This document shows positions 47,185 to 57,881 of a DNA stretch of 64,000 nucleotides, one piece after another (the first letter of the stretch is position 1; every line of letters starts with the position of its first letter). Below the pieces are notes generated by a model. It was given only the letters and a program-made list of their open reading frames with translations, did no database searches and had not been told where the DNA came from. A program made the translations under genes and the position numbers. The stretch comes from Epithemia pelagica. Lineage: Eukaryota; Protista; Bacillariophyta. The stretch spans positions 3,410,001-3,474,000 of the forward strand of contig OX337231.1 of the NCBI GenBank assembly GCA_946965045.2. The letters run 5' to 3'.

Positions 47185-48529
47185 TCAGGACACGACACAC
47201 TTGGACGTACAGCTTTTTTGTTCGTCATCGGGAGCCATTTCCACCAAATGAGGATACCATTCCTTGATGCATTCCACCAAATCTTCAAAACATTGTTTCA
47301 AATCCGCATTGACAAAGACACGATCAAAATTCCCAGCTTGTTGACTGCGACAGAGTCAAAAGAGATACATTGAGTAGAGATACATTGAGTAAAGAAGAGA
47401 TATGAAAACAGAGAAGCACCCCATGTGAGTGAAATGGCAAGAAAGGTATGAAACAAGACACAAGAGTCGTCCAGAGCAAAACACAAGATTCTCTTTTGGC
47501 GCCGTCCCAGTATGCAGTCCACGGCAACCCAATCAGCCCCACACAGAAAAACACACACGCCCTACATGTGTCTCTCTCCATTACCATCAGTGGCAGCAGC
47601 AACAGGTGTATCCCTTCCTCTTGCACGTACCCGTATTCCATTTCCTTGGCGGCATTCCCCAAACGCGTCTTGACTTGTTCTTCGGATTCGGTCCCTCGTC
47701 CCCGCAATCGCTTTTCCAGGGCTTCCATGGAAGGTGGCGCAATGAAAATGTAATGGGGTTCCAAGGAACTTAGTTTCACCTTTTGTACACCCTGTACATC
47801 AATGTCCAAGACACAGACCTTGCCATTGGCTTGGACACTTTCCACCGCGGCCACACTGAACACAAGGTGACACGAAGCCAGGAATGGAAACACAAAAACG
47901 ACGTAACCAGTTCGTTGAGAATAGGTTTCACAAAAGAAATGAAAAAGCAGAAGAAACGAAAGAGTGTGAAAAGGGTGCCGACAAGAGAAAGTCATTCCAA
48001 CAACAACAACGACAAGTGTCCATAGGAAACACCATCCATACCTGGTACCATAGTATTTGCCATGTACTTCGGCATATTCAATAAATTTGCCATCCGCAAT
48101 ATCTTTTTGAATGGCTTCGACGGTAGTAAAATTGTAATGAACGCCATCTTGTTCGCCTTCCCGAGGTGGACGCGTGGTATGAGAGACGGAAAACCCAAAT
48201 TGGTCGTTGGGGAATCGTTTCATGAGCAATTCAATCAAGGTTCCCTTTCCCACACCGGAAGGACCGCAAAAGACGACTGGTTTCAAAGGTTCGCCCGACA
48301 TGATGGGTTTTGTAGGAGGAGTCGAAGTAGTACAGTTGGTGGTGGTCGTTGGAACAGTCTGGTTGGCAGCAGTCACTGTAGCAACAGTCCAAAGGGGAAG
48401 AATCCAAGCAACAGTCGTAGGAACGAGAAACCCAAAGTTCGAGGCTGCAGATGAGCACGGACAAGCCAACAAGAGCAAGAGATGCAATATGACTAGGAGT
48501 GGGATGAAGCACGTCGTCCTCAATGGCAT
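47185..48529 (-). CDS. GUK1: Guanylate kinase, three exons
   Basis: Exons 48529 (or 48301)-48042, 47855-47631 and 47344-47185. P-loop [72 protein letters not shown]; the last exon reads [16 protein letters not shown]...SCTSKCVVS*. Confidence 0.93.
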
Positions 48530-48689
48530 GCAAAGGGGGTATGCCGATGAATGGAGCAAAAGATGTGTGACCGACCAACAGAAATGCCAGTTTGGAAGCA
48601 CTCTTTAGCGTTTTGATTGGATTCGTTGGATGCACCTTTTGCTCTTCCCGAACTTCCAAAAAATCTTGCTGCGCACCTTACGATTGACC

Positions 48690-50495
48690 ATGGGCAGCGA
48701 GTCAACGGCAACCACACCCAAAGACTCTTCACAAGGAGAGTCTGTGTCAATACCTGTCGATTCCACAAAACAGGAACAACCACACATGGATGGTCCAACC
48801 ATTTCCCCTCCAGTCACAACAACAACCACAACGACGACCATCGATCCCTTAAATGTCGGAGACACGTGTCAAGTGAAATGGCGGAATGGAGAACGCAAAT
48901 TGGATGCCATTGTCGTGGAACGACGACCGTTGGGATACCGAAAGAAAAAGCGGCAACGACGACTGCTGCAGAATTCTTCATCTGGTTGTGAACTGGAATA
49001 TTATGTCCACTATCAAGGACACGATCGACGATTGGATGAATGGATTCCCCTGCAAAAGTTTGTCTTGGATACCTTGGAACGGCAAACAACCACAACAACA
49101 ACAACGACGACGACGACGACTGGTGGTAGCGGAACGGCGGATTCCGGTCTAGGAGGAGGTAGTAACCATGGCAGTTCGGAAGGAGGATTGACTTTGACGG
49201 CTTTGACTTCGGGTGATGTCGGAGACACGGAAGAAGCGGACGGCAGTGCCACGAACAACACTACGAATACATCTCCCAGCAAGGATACAACCACGGCGCC
49301 TGCTACGTCGTCTTCGACCAATGCTGCTACTACTACTTCTTCTACTACTGCAGCGCCCATTCAATGGGGCGTGGGTGGCAATTGGCATGGCAATTCCGGG
49401 GATCCTTCCTTGGCGGCCTTTGAACGAGAACATGAGGAAACTACCAAAATCAAAAATATCGAAACCATTATCATGGGAGAATGGCAGGTTGAGGCTTGGT
49501 ATTACAGTCCCTTCCCGGACGAATATTCCAATTTGGAAACCTTGTATGTCTGCGAGTTTTGTTTAACCTACATGCGGCAGTTGCGGACCTACAAGCAACA
49601 TGTACAAACCTGTGGCTGTCCCCGTCATCCACCGGGTCGCAAAATTTATAGCGAACCCGATTTGGCGGTTTACGAATTGGATGGGAAGGACCATACGGCC
49701 TATTGTCAAAAACTCTGTTTGTTGGCCAAGTTGTTTTTGGATCACAAGACCTTGTACTTTGACGTGACGCCCTTTTACTTTTATGTCGTTACCAAAGTAG
49801 ATGAGGACGGAGCTCATATTGTGGGATACTTTTCGAAAGAAAAAGTATCGAGCGAAGGCTACAATTTGGCTTGTATCTTGACCTTTCCCCAATACCAAAA
49901 GGCGGGCTATGGCAAATTCATTATTTCTCTTTCCTACGAATTGACGAAACGAGAAGGCAAGACCGGGTCTCCGGAAAAACCCTTGTCGGATCTGGGTAAG
50001 GTCTCGTATCGGAGTTATTGGAAGCATGTCTTGTTCCATTTGTTGGCCCGGCACGATACGACTCTTTCCCCCACGACGAATACCATGAAAGATTTGAGCA
50101 TTGCCGACTTGTCCACCCGCACCGGTATCAAAAATGAAGACATTTTGTCCACCCTCCAAGCCTTGGATATGATCAAGGTGTGGAAAGGACAACATGTGGT
50201 CTATGTCGAACAAAAGGTGATTCGTAAATACATGGCACAACGGTACGTGTATTCGAGTACTGGATCTCGTTGACACTGCGTGTGTCTGGGTGTTTCGGTA
50301 CAAGTAGAGAGCCAAACGGCTGACAATTGGGATGCAACTTGTTTCGTGTTGGTTCTTGGTTGTCTTGTTGGTATACTGACCGTCGTGTTTGTTTTCAATG
50401 ATGCTTGCTTTTGCAGGAAGCAGTTTCGATTGTGCAAACCCGAATGCCTCGATTGGAATGCGCCGCCTCCGCCCACGCCCGAAAAGGACTCGTAG
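48690..50495 (+). CDS. MYST-family histone acetyltransferase (Esa1/Tip60/MOF-like) with tudor-knot/chromo-barrel domain, two exons
   Basis: Exons 48690-50242 and 50417-50495. YYVHYQGHDRRLDEWI; WYYSPFP; zinc finger CEFCL...H...C; YCQKLCLLAKLFLDHKTLYFDV; YNLACILTFPQYQKAGYG; GSPEKPLSDLG. Confidence 0.95.
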
Positions 50496-50764
50496 AATAG
50501 TCAGGATCATTCAGACAGGAATCGAAACACGACGAACGAGACAAGCATCGCAACGATCACTATTAGCCGTTGGTGATAAGATGATCTACACATGACTCAC
50601 TACATGTTTGACAATTGGGTACAAGCAAGTTATTATGGCATAATGGCGAGCAATGGAAACCCCTCAACTTCGCCATTCGACGTGCGCATTATTCTATGTC
50701 TTTGGGTGAAGCAACCTTCACGCTATCCTGGCACATCGCAGTCATGGAACAGTATTTCAGTCCA

Positions 50765-53700
50765 TCAGGTTTCGTCTCCATCTGCTACTTTTAGACGCTT
50801 TGCTGCAGGCTCCTCTTGTTTCGGTCGTCTTGATGGATGCCCCTGTTCAGGTTGGTTTGATGGATGCCCCTGCTCAGGTTGGCTTGATGAATGGTGCAAT
50901 TTTTCAATCTCCGCTCGAACATTGGACAGTTCCTTCATATTCGAGTTGTATTCCTCGACTTTGGCGTTGTACAATTCCTTCGTTTTGGTTACAATCACCG
51001 ATGCTTCCTCATCGTACTTCTCGCTGAGTTGAATTTCAACACTGAAGCCTTGGGCGAGGGTCTGTTGGGTACTGGCGGGGTGTCCTGCAGAACGTCGAGC
51101 CCGTACACGACTTGCAAGACGTAATGCAGTAGGAATGCCTCCTCCGACTCTAACCTCGGCAGGGCCCCGCAAGTCGCTGCGGAGAAACTTGTCCAGATTT
51201 TTATGTGAGGTATCAGCATCTGGCATGCTCCAAGAAAACACTGGTTTTCCGCCTTGAGTATTTAGAATCAGGATTTGCTCTTCGTATACAAGCTGACAAA
51301 TTTGCACTTCGCGGTACCAAATATGCACCATGTCAAGGCATTTGTCTTTTGCCTCTGCATGATCCGATTTGATATTGCGTGGCCTAAGCTTTTGCATAAC
51401 GGAGTGGGCTTTTGAGAGGATACATGCAGGGGCAGTGACTGCCCAGGTTTCAATAGACCGAAACATCGATGGGGTACCATAACGGATGAGAAGCGTTAGT
51501 GCAAATTCAATATTGGACGACTCCCACACGCTGTTGCCAACATCTGTTCGGCGCAGCGAATCCATCACGGAAGAAGCTTTACTCTCGACCAATACGCGGA
51601 CCAAATCGTTCAGAAGGGATAAGCGAAGACTACCAATGTTCATCGAAGGGACGTTTCTTGAAATCATCTCAATTGCTCTCATTTGATAAGGCAAAGTCTC
51701 AACCAGCTTCACCATGGAACTCATTTTTCGGATTCGGACAAAGCACAACTCTACTAGAGTTGTTACTTTCTCCGACCTATAACGCTTCGAAAAGGCGACG
51801 AGATGCTTGCAAATATCAATTGAGACGGCTTGAGACATACCTGGCGCGTAACCGCAATTGTCCTGATGAAAGCACCATGACGGCCAGTTGTGTTCAGTTG
51901 CTCTGTGGAAATTACTGAGTGTCTTTTGCCAAAGAGACTTCATGAATGCATTTTTCGTCAGTTTAAAAATGACCCACATCATCTCTAAGAACTCTTTGCA
52001 ATCCGCTTCCTTTCCAATATCAGGAAGCTGTAGTACAAATTCCCGGATTGCAGCTATTCTCGCGTCGTGCCATCCATGTTTCATTATCATCTTGACAAAG
52101 ACCAATATTACCTGATAGGAGGGGAATTTCGCTTGAGGCAATGCCTTCACGATTGTTTCGAACCAAGGCCAAAACGTGCTCTTGCCTTGAATTAATTTGA
52201 ACAGAGCAAGAAAATCGTCCCAACCAATTCTGGATTTGGACCTTGTCATATACTTGATCGCATAGTCCAGAAGTTCGGGGTTTCTTTGAACGAACTTGAC
52301 CGCATTGGAGAAGTTGCTTCGACAAACGCTCTCAAAGGTTCTTTCTGTGTGGAAGGCAATCAGAAAGCAAGTGGAATAGGTAGTCTCATCACTCTCTCCT
52401 TCATGCTCTGCATTGTGAAGAAAGCCCTCTTTCTCGTTTCCCCACATGTCCTTGCATACGTTGTACGTGGCTAAAAGCATTCCCCCCTTTTGGATTGGGT
52501 CAAAATTCAGTTCTCGATCGAGCCACTCTTTATTGACATTCGCATCACTTCCATCTTGGTGAAAGAGTTCCTTGAGGCAAACGTCGCCAGGCGTTGCATC
52601 ATGATCATCGAACTCACCGCTATACGGATTACTGCTTCCAAGTTCTTCAACCTTCCTATCCGCAGTGGCAACGATCAATTCCCAACCATCAACTTGTTGA
52701 CCAACCGTCAGAGCCAGAGCTTGATCCTTCCCCTTGAGGGCACCCACTCCAAGGCTTCTCAAAGACGAACTGGTATAACGATGGTTTAGTGGAACGGCGA
52801 AGAGTGAGTCGCGCTTATTCAACTGATGGATCACTGACTCCAATAATCCCTCCTCAATTTGACCCGAAGAGGATTTGGAAACTCCGTTCCCCGTGTAGCA
52901 AAGCGAATAACTGAGGATGAGGCGGTATCCCGACTCGATTGGAAGCATTTCGTGCTCGCAATCCGTGTGGTATGCCACATAGCGACACATGTAGGGGGAG
53001 GTTTCGGCTTCTTGCAAGCAAAATGTTTGCGTCTGGCCGTTGCGAGAGACCACAAACGACCCGCCCGTGAAGCTGCTCGGTAATTGTATCATCAGCGTGG
53101 CAAACAAGCCTTTCGTCTTCTCCGTATCTCGACGCTTTTTAAAACACCCTCCTTGTTCGTGAAGCAATAGTTTGTCAAGTTGGGCACGAACGAACTGGGA
53201 ATTGACCCCCAGATCAAGGCAAACCCTTTTTGTCAGTTCTTCCAAGGCGCAGTGCCATGCTGGATTGGTCAAGGCAACCATCCCGGCGTCAATTTGTACA
53301 GTACTGCGCATGGAGCTGTCAATCTCAGTTTCCATACCACGTTCATGGGGAGCTTGGCTGGCGGCGGTTATGATCTTAGTCACAGTTTCTTCGTCCACAG
53401 GCAGAGGTACTTCGCCCACCCTGTCGACAACCAACCCGGGCATGGCTGGTAACTTGGCGGCGAAACCTCCAGTGCAGGTGGATCCAGGAGATTTCAGACA
53501 GTCAATGGTTTCAAACACATTTGCTAGACATGTTTCCTCGGCGCTACCGTTCTTGCGTTGATATTCGGCTTTGGTAGGGTCCAAGCTTTCAGCTTCTTCC
53601 GGTATCTCGTCGAGCAAAATGAACGAGTCTGGTGGATCCGTTTCAAGTCTTGATTTCTCACAAGGCTCTAAATCCATGGGGACATCTGCTGATAATGGCG

Positions 53701-53779
53701 CCGAACCGAAGGTGGGCTGCGCATCGCTTGAGTTCGCACCACGAAGCGCTGATCGTAGCGACTCGATATCCTGGGACAT
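50765..53779 (-). CDS. Large 2OG-Fe(II) oxygenase-like protein (2OG-FeII_Oxy_3-type N-terminal domain), metal site apparently degenerate
   Basis: 1045-codon ORF (to 53902), ATG at 53779. LDKLLLHEQGGCFKKRRDTEK..LFATLMIQLPSSFTGG...DCEHEMLPIESGYRLILSYSL; C-terminal FSWSMPDA...FLRS. Confidence 0.75.
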   Translation of the reverse strand: MSQDIESLRSALRGANSSDAQPTFGSAPLSADVPMDLEPCEKSRLETDPPDSFILLDEIPEEAESLDPTKAEYQRKNGSAEETCLANVFETIDCLKSPGSTCTGGFAAKLPAMPGLVVDRVGEVPLPVDEETVTKIITAASQAPHERGMETEIDSSMRSTVQIDAGMVALTNPAWHCALEELTKRVCLDLGVNSQFVRAQLDKLLLHEQGGCFKKRRDTEKTKGLFATLMIQLPSSFTGGSFVVSRNGQTQTFCLQEAETSPYMCRYVAYHTDCEHEMLPIESGYRLILSYSLCYTGNGVSKSSSGQIEEGLLESVIHQLNKRDSLFAVPLNHRYTSSSLRSLGVGALKGKDQALALTVGQQVDGWELIVATADRKVEELGSSNPYSGEFDDHDATPGDVCLKELFHQDGSDANVNKEWLDRELNFDPIQKGGMLLATYNVCKDMWGNEKEGFLHNAEHEGESDETTYSTCFLIAFHTERTFESVCRSNFSNAVKFVQRNPELLDYAIKYMTRSKSRIGWDDFLALFKLIQGKSTFWPWFETIVKALPQAKFPSYQVILVFVKMIMKHGWHDARIAAIREFVLQLPDIGKEADCKEFLEMMWVIFKLTKNAFMKSLWQKTLSNFHRATEHNWPSWCFHQDNCGYAPGMSQAVSIDICKHLVAFSKRYRSEKVTTLVELCFVRIRKMSSMVKLVETLPYQMRAIEMISRNVPSMNIGSLRLSLLNDLVRVLVESKASSVMDSLRRTDVGNSVWESSNIEFALTLLIRYGTPSMFRSIETWAVTAPACILSKAHSVMQKLRPRNIKSDHAEAKDKCLDMVHIWYREVQICQLVYEEQILILNTQGGKPVFSWSMPDADTSHKNLDKFLRSDLRGPAEVRVGGGIPTALRLASRVRARRSAGHPASTQQTLAQGFSVEIQLSEKYDEEASVIVTKTKELYNAKVEEYNSNMKELSNVRAEIEKLHHSSSQPEQGHPSNQPEQGHPSRRPKQEEPAAKRLKVADGDET
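50830..50889. repeat. 27-bp coding tandem repeat (SxQPEQGHP x2)
   Basis: ttgatggatgcccctgttcaggttggt / ttgatggatgcccctgctcaggttggc at the 3' end of the 2OG-like ORF. Confidence 0.85.
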
Positions 53780-54441
53780 GCTGCTGTTGCTGCTTCTTCT
53801 TGTCTTGATCTTCTTTTCTTTTCTTTTCTTTTCTTTTGATGCGCAATGAACGGAACGATTCTTCAAAAAGTGGGAGCTTGAGCTTGGGAATTGGGGAAAC
53901 ACGAAACGGCGCGCTTTGCGATTGGTGTGACGGGCGCGCCCCCGACAATCTCGCGCGCCCCCGCACCGCTCACGATGGGGGCGGGGGTGTCAGTTCTCCC
54001 CCTTCCCCGTCGACGAGTGAAGAGATGAGTGAATGGAACATGGGGACACACCGAAGTCATGATCATGGCTCCTGGCCTTTCGACTACCTTTCATGGTAAA
54101 TGGTAATGCGAATGCTCGTACTAATCCGGTCTCCCGAGAAACAAAGTTCAAGTGTAAGGTCGTGAGATTGGTGTACTGTTTCTGCGGGATTACGGCCTCC
54201 CCCGTTTGTTACCAAAGATTTCTGCATGTATAAGCGCTCGATAGTTATTATGAATTATGAAAACGCACACTAATATACAGCATAATTCATCCATTTCCAC
54301 CTTTCCGTCACCCATCCCATACCACGTCATCTTCCTCCCTAGGGTCCATGGATTCGGCGGGCTCCCATAATGTCCCCTCACCGAATCATAGACAAATAAT
54401 AATAAAATTCTTGAGCTCAGCAGCTCGGTGGTCCAGACGAT

Positions 54442-55800
54442 TCAATCACCCGGTATGGGAACCGGGCGATACTCGAACGTGGCGAGCTGAGGTTGAGCCC
54501 ATTTGGCAAAGACAGGGTCGTCTTGGAGATTTAGTACCTTGCTATACAACAAACGGTAGAGTCGCTTGTTCATGGTGGCAGTTCCGCCGTAGTACTCCAA
54601 TCGCTTGATCCAATCTTCACGCTCTTCCGCGCTAGAGAAGGAATCATTTTCAAAGTGGAGAATACTAAACCAATGCATTCCAATGATTAATTCTTCCTTA
54701 TCGTTTCGTTCCGGTAAAATCATCTTGTACAGAGATTGAGCTCGGTCCATGACCAAACAGACACCAAAGATGCGAACCAACCGACGCGGCTTGAAGACGT
54801 TCTTGATGGCATATTCAAACTCAGTGGAAAATTCCGTCTTTTCCCACTCATTGACCAGATCGTAAACGAGATTCAAGCACTTCTTGCGATCTTGATTGAG
54901 CGTAATGGCACGTTCATTGGAAGGGTCATCACGAAAGTCGAGATACAATTTCATGGCCCACTCTTCTGGATCCCTGGAACTGCGGTCATGATAGAGACGA
55001 GCAAGACATTCTTGATAATCGGGCTCGTTGTAACGCTTGACAAATACTGTTACAATTTCAACGAAGGGTTCTTGATCTAACTTGAGGCTCTTGGAAGGAG
55101 GATCCAGAACATCCCTTGTGGGCGAAGCGCGTTTCGCCTCTACGCTACGTTCCTCTGCCGTACTGTTGGACTCGGACGGTTTGATGGTCGTCGTCGTCAA
55201 GTTTTCGGTCAGGGGAACAAACTTGGCAAGCGCTGGTTTGGACCACAGGGCCAACTCTGCGTCTTGCATGAGCGCAAAGTCTTTGGTATACATCAACTTG
55301 TAGAGGCGACGGTTCATGGTCGCAAATCCTTTGTACCCTCTCAAGGCTTCCTTCAGTTGCTTGTAGTTGTCGGGAAAGGTGAGGGCAAATTCGGACGATT
55401 CTTCCAAATGAAGCTTGGAATACCAATGCATGCCGTACAAAGACGAAGTGGGAATCTGCATGCGGTAGAGCGACTGGGCACGATCCATGACCATGCAGAC
55501 CTTGAGGATTTTCTTGACACGATCGATTCCAAATTTGTCTTGAATGCCTTGCTGGAAATCACGAGGATCGGCGGAGCTTTCCCATGCATCAACCATATGA
55601 TACAAGAATGTGAGACAGGTCTTACGGTCTACGTTGAGCGCCATGACTCGGGAATCGTTGGGATCGTTGCGGAGCGTGAGATACAAGGTGCGGCTCCATT
55701 CTACCTTGTCTTGGTTGCCCAGATCCTCGTACAAACGGCGGAGAGGATCTTGAATGGCCGGTTCTTCAAAACCAGTGCAAAAGAAATTGATTGTCTTCAT
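54442..55800 (-). CDS. Hypothetical 452-aa protein made of two homologous ~190-aa domains
   Basis: Single ORF with paired motifs DRKTCL/DRKKCL, VCMVMDRAQSLYRM/VCLVMDRAQSLYKM, GMHWYSKLH/GMHWFSILH, ATMNRRLYKLMY/ATMNKRLYRLLY. Confidence 0.8.
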   Translation of the reverse strand: MKTINFFCTGFEEPAIQDPLRRLYEDLGNQDKVEWSRTLYLTLRNDPNDSRVMALNVDRKTCLTFLYHMVDAWESSADPRDFQQGIQDKFGIDRVKKILKVCMVMDRAQSLYRMQIPTSSLYGMHWYSKLHLEESSEFALTFPDNYKQLKEALRGYKGFATMNRRLYKLMYTKDFALMQDAELALWSKPALAKFVPLTENLTTTTIKPSESNSTAEERSVEAKRASPTRDVLDPPSKSLKLDQEPFVEIVTVFVKRYNEPDYQECLARLYHDRSSRDPEEWAMKLYLDFRDDPSNERAITLNQDRKKCLNLVYDLVNEWEKTEFSTEFEYAIKNVFKPRRLVRIFGVCLVMDRAQSLYKMILPERNDKEELIIGMHWFSILHFENDSFSSAEEREDWIKRLEYYGGTATMNKRLYRLLYSKVLNLQDDPVFAKWAQPQLATFEYRPVPIPGD

Positions 55801-56644
55801 CTTTTCTTTCAGAAATGTTACGATTGGGAATGGGCATCAGCAGTGCGACAACAACAAAGAAAGACTTCAATACTTGTGACTTGCCAGAACGTAACAGACC
55901 AGCAAGACAAGAGATGAGTTCACGACAAGACGACAAAGTCGCATCTTGTATCTTGTCATCATCGTTCCCGCAAGATCTCCGGTCAACTCGGTTCAGTACT
56001 ACCTATCATCTCAGCGTGATTGCTAAATGTACCTTTGATGTCGATCCTTGTCACCGCCGCTAAGGATCTCGCATCCTCTTGTAAGCTCCAACGCTTCCAA
56101 AATATCCATTGTTTGGATTGTGTATGGACGTATCCATTTGCGCACCGCTGAGATTTCGCATCCTCTTGCTTGTCTCCATCGTTTCGCATACCCGATACTA
56201 TGGATTTTGTAGTAGTAGTTTATCCGTATCTCGCCGTCGAGATTTAATTTCCATTCTGTCCGTCGCATCTTATCCCGAGACCACGTACCTGTCTGCTCGT
56301 CTATCCGTTTTCGTTGGGAGCTTCCGAGTGTTTTCGGCCCGCCGGCGCAACGGCCGGGCGATGCGTTGAACGGACACTTTCGTCGCAAAATCCACGGATT
56401 GTTTGGGCGATTCTGGATCCGTTGCCTTTTGGAGAATGCGGCTATGTAATCGTCCCCTCCCCTCGCCCTTGAGGCTGAGATATATAGATGTTGTATGGCT
56501 CATGGTACTCTGATGCAGGACTACTACTAAGAACCGACCAAGTCGATCGATAATTGGTTACAGCAGTCTTCTCTACGACGAAACGAACAAAAGAGTTTGT
56601 TGTTGGTATACCATAAGAAAGCAGGAGACAACACGACAACCACC

Positions 56645-57499
56645 ATGATGAGAGTTTTTGTACCTGTGTTGATGGTCCTTCTTTCCTTGCCGGAAGGCGA
56701 AGGTGAAAGCACACGCGCGTACAGCCGGGATGGATATACGGATAGTTACTCCAGTGTTCGAGATAGTTTCGGCAGTCAATCAACTAAGGATACAGCCGCT
56801 GGTGATACCAGGTATGACACCCTGGCACAATTTTCAGCATTCATGACATCCTCTCAAACCACGACAACCACTACCGAGGACATCATCACCATTGCGACGG
56901 AAGCGGCAACTACGGAGTCAGCCACGTCTGAAGCGACGACCTCTGGCACTGCACCGTCGGACGCGACCTCTGCAGCAACCGACCCGGCAATTTCGGGTAC
57001 GACTGGAACAACAGAAGCGACCCAGCCGACCATGTCGGAGGAATTTGAGGACTGTCTGGAACGGCAACGAACAGGTGAAAACGTGGAGGATCTAGCATCC
57101 TGTGAGAGAGTCAAACAAGTGTCCAAAGCTAGGGGTCCAGAAGTCATCTTTTGTACTCTCAGCCTGCCAGAATCGAGTCTTGCGCAACAGGCTATTGAGG
57201 TTGAGTCGATGGCATGCGCGCAAAATGGAGAATTGTTATTGGACGACAATGGCGGACGTACCCGCCGCGGCCGCCAACTTCGCCATGTCCAAGGCATGCG
57301 TGACCCCAAGCGATTCCGTGGTGCTGTCTTCCAAAAGGAAGACGAACTCATCCAATCCGTTATGCACAAATCGGTGGTTATCGAACTTGAGTTCCCTCAA
57401 GACTGTCACTGCTACGCCAAGATGGATCCTGATGGCTTCACAGCAGTTTGTCCCAAAACTGACGTGTGCCAGAAAGTGCTTTCTTCTGTTGCCATTTAG
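56645..57499 (+). CDS. Putative secreted Thr/Ala-rich protein with Cys-containing C-terminal domain
   Basis: ORF 56597..57499, ATG at 56645. Hydrophobic N-terminus MMRVFVPVLMVLLSL, mucin-like TEAATTESATSEATT tract, RRGRQLR site, eight Cys in the C-terminal half. Confidence 0.65.
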   Translation: MMRVFVPVLMVLLSLPEGEGESTRAYSRDGYTDSYSSVRDSFGSQSTKDTAAGDTRYDTLAQFSAFMTSSQTTTTTTEDIITIATEAATTESATSEATTSGTAPSDATSAATDPAISGTTGTTEATQPTMSEEFEDCLERQRTGENVEDLASCERVKQVSKARGPEVIFCTLSLPESSLAQQAIEVESMACAQNGELLLDDNGGRTRRGRQLRHVQGMRDPKRFRGAVFQKEDELIQSVMHKSVVIELEFPQDCHCYAKMDPDGFTAVCPKTDVCQKVLSSVAI

Positions 57500-57881
57500 A
57501 TAGGTGCCGCCTTTCAAACAGTCGCAGAGGACCAAATTCATACATTGCATATGGAGTTGCACTCGTTGATTCGAACTCTCCTTGTTATATATCTATCACA
57601 GAAAAGTTTAGTAGCAAAATACATTACGCATTCTTACGTTTGCTTCTACCGAGTACAGTTTTATGGCTTAGACTTTGATCCGAATGTAAGATTGTGTTAG
57701 GCAAGGTTCTGCACGTTACTATATGCCTTTAAAGAATCTCTATCAAAAACGCATCTTCTTTCCAGGGACGAAAAGAAGTCACTGCACGTGACTTTGTTAT
57801 GTTCAACGTTAGCACTCATTTTCAATGGAGGACTTGGGTTAGATGAACGGCTTTTGTACGCACGGAACCAAGCCGTCTTTT

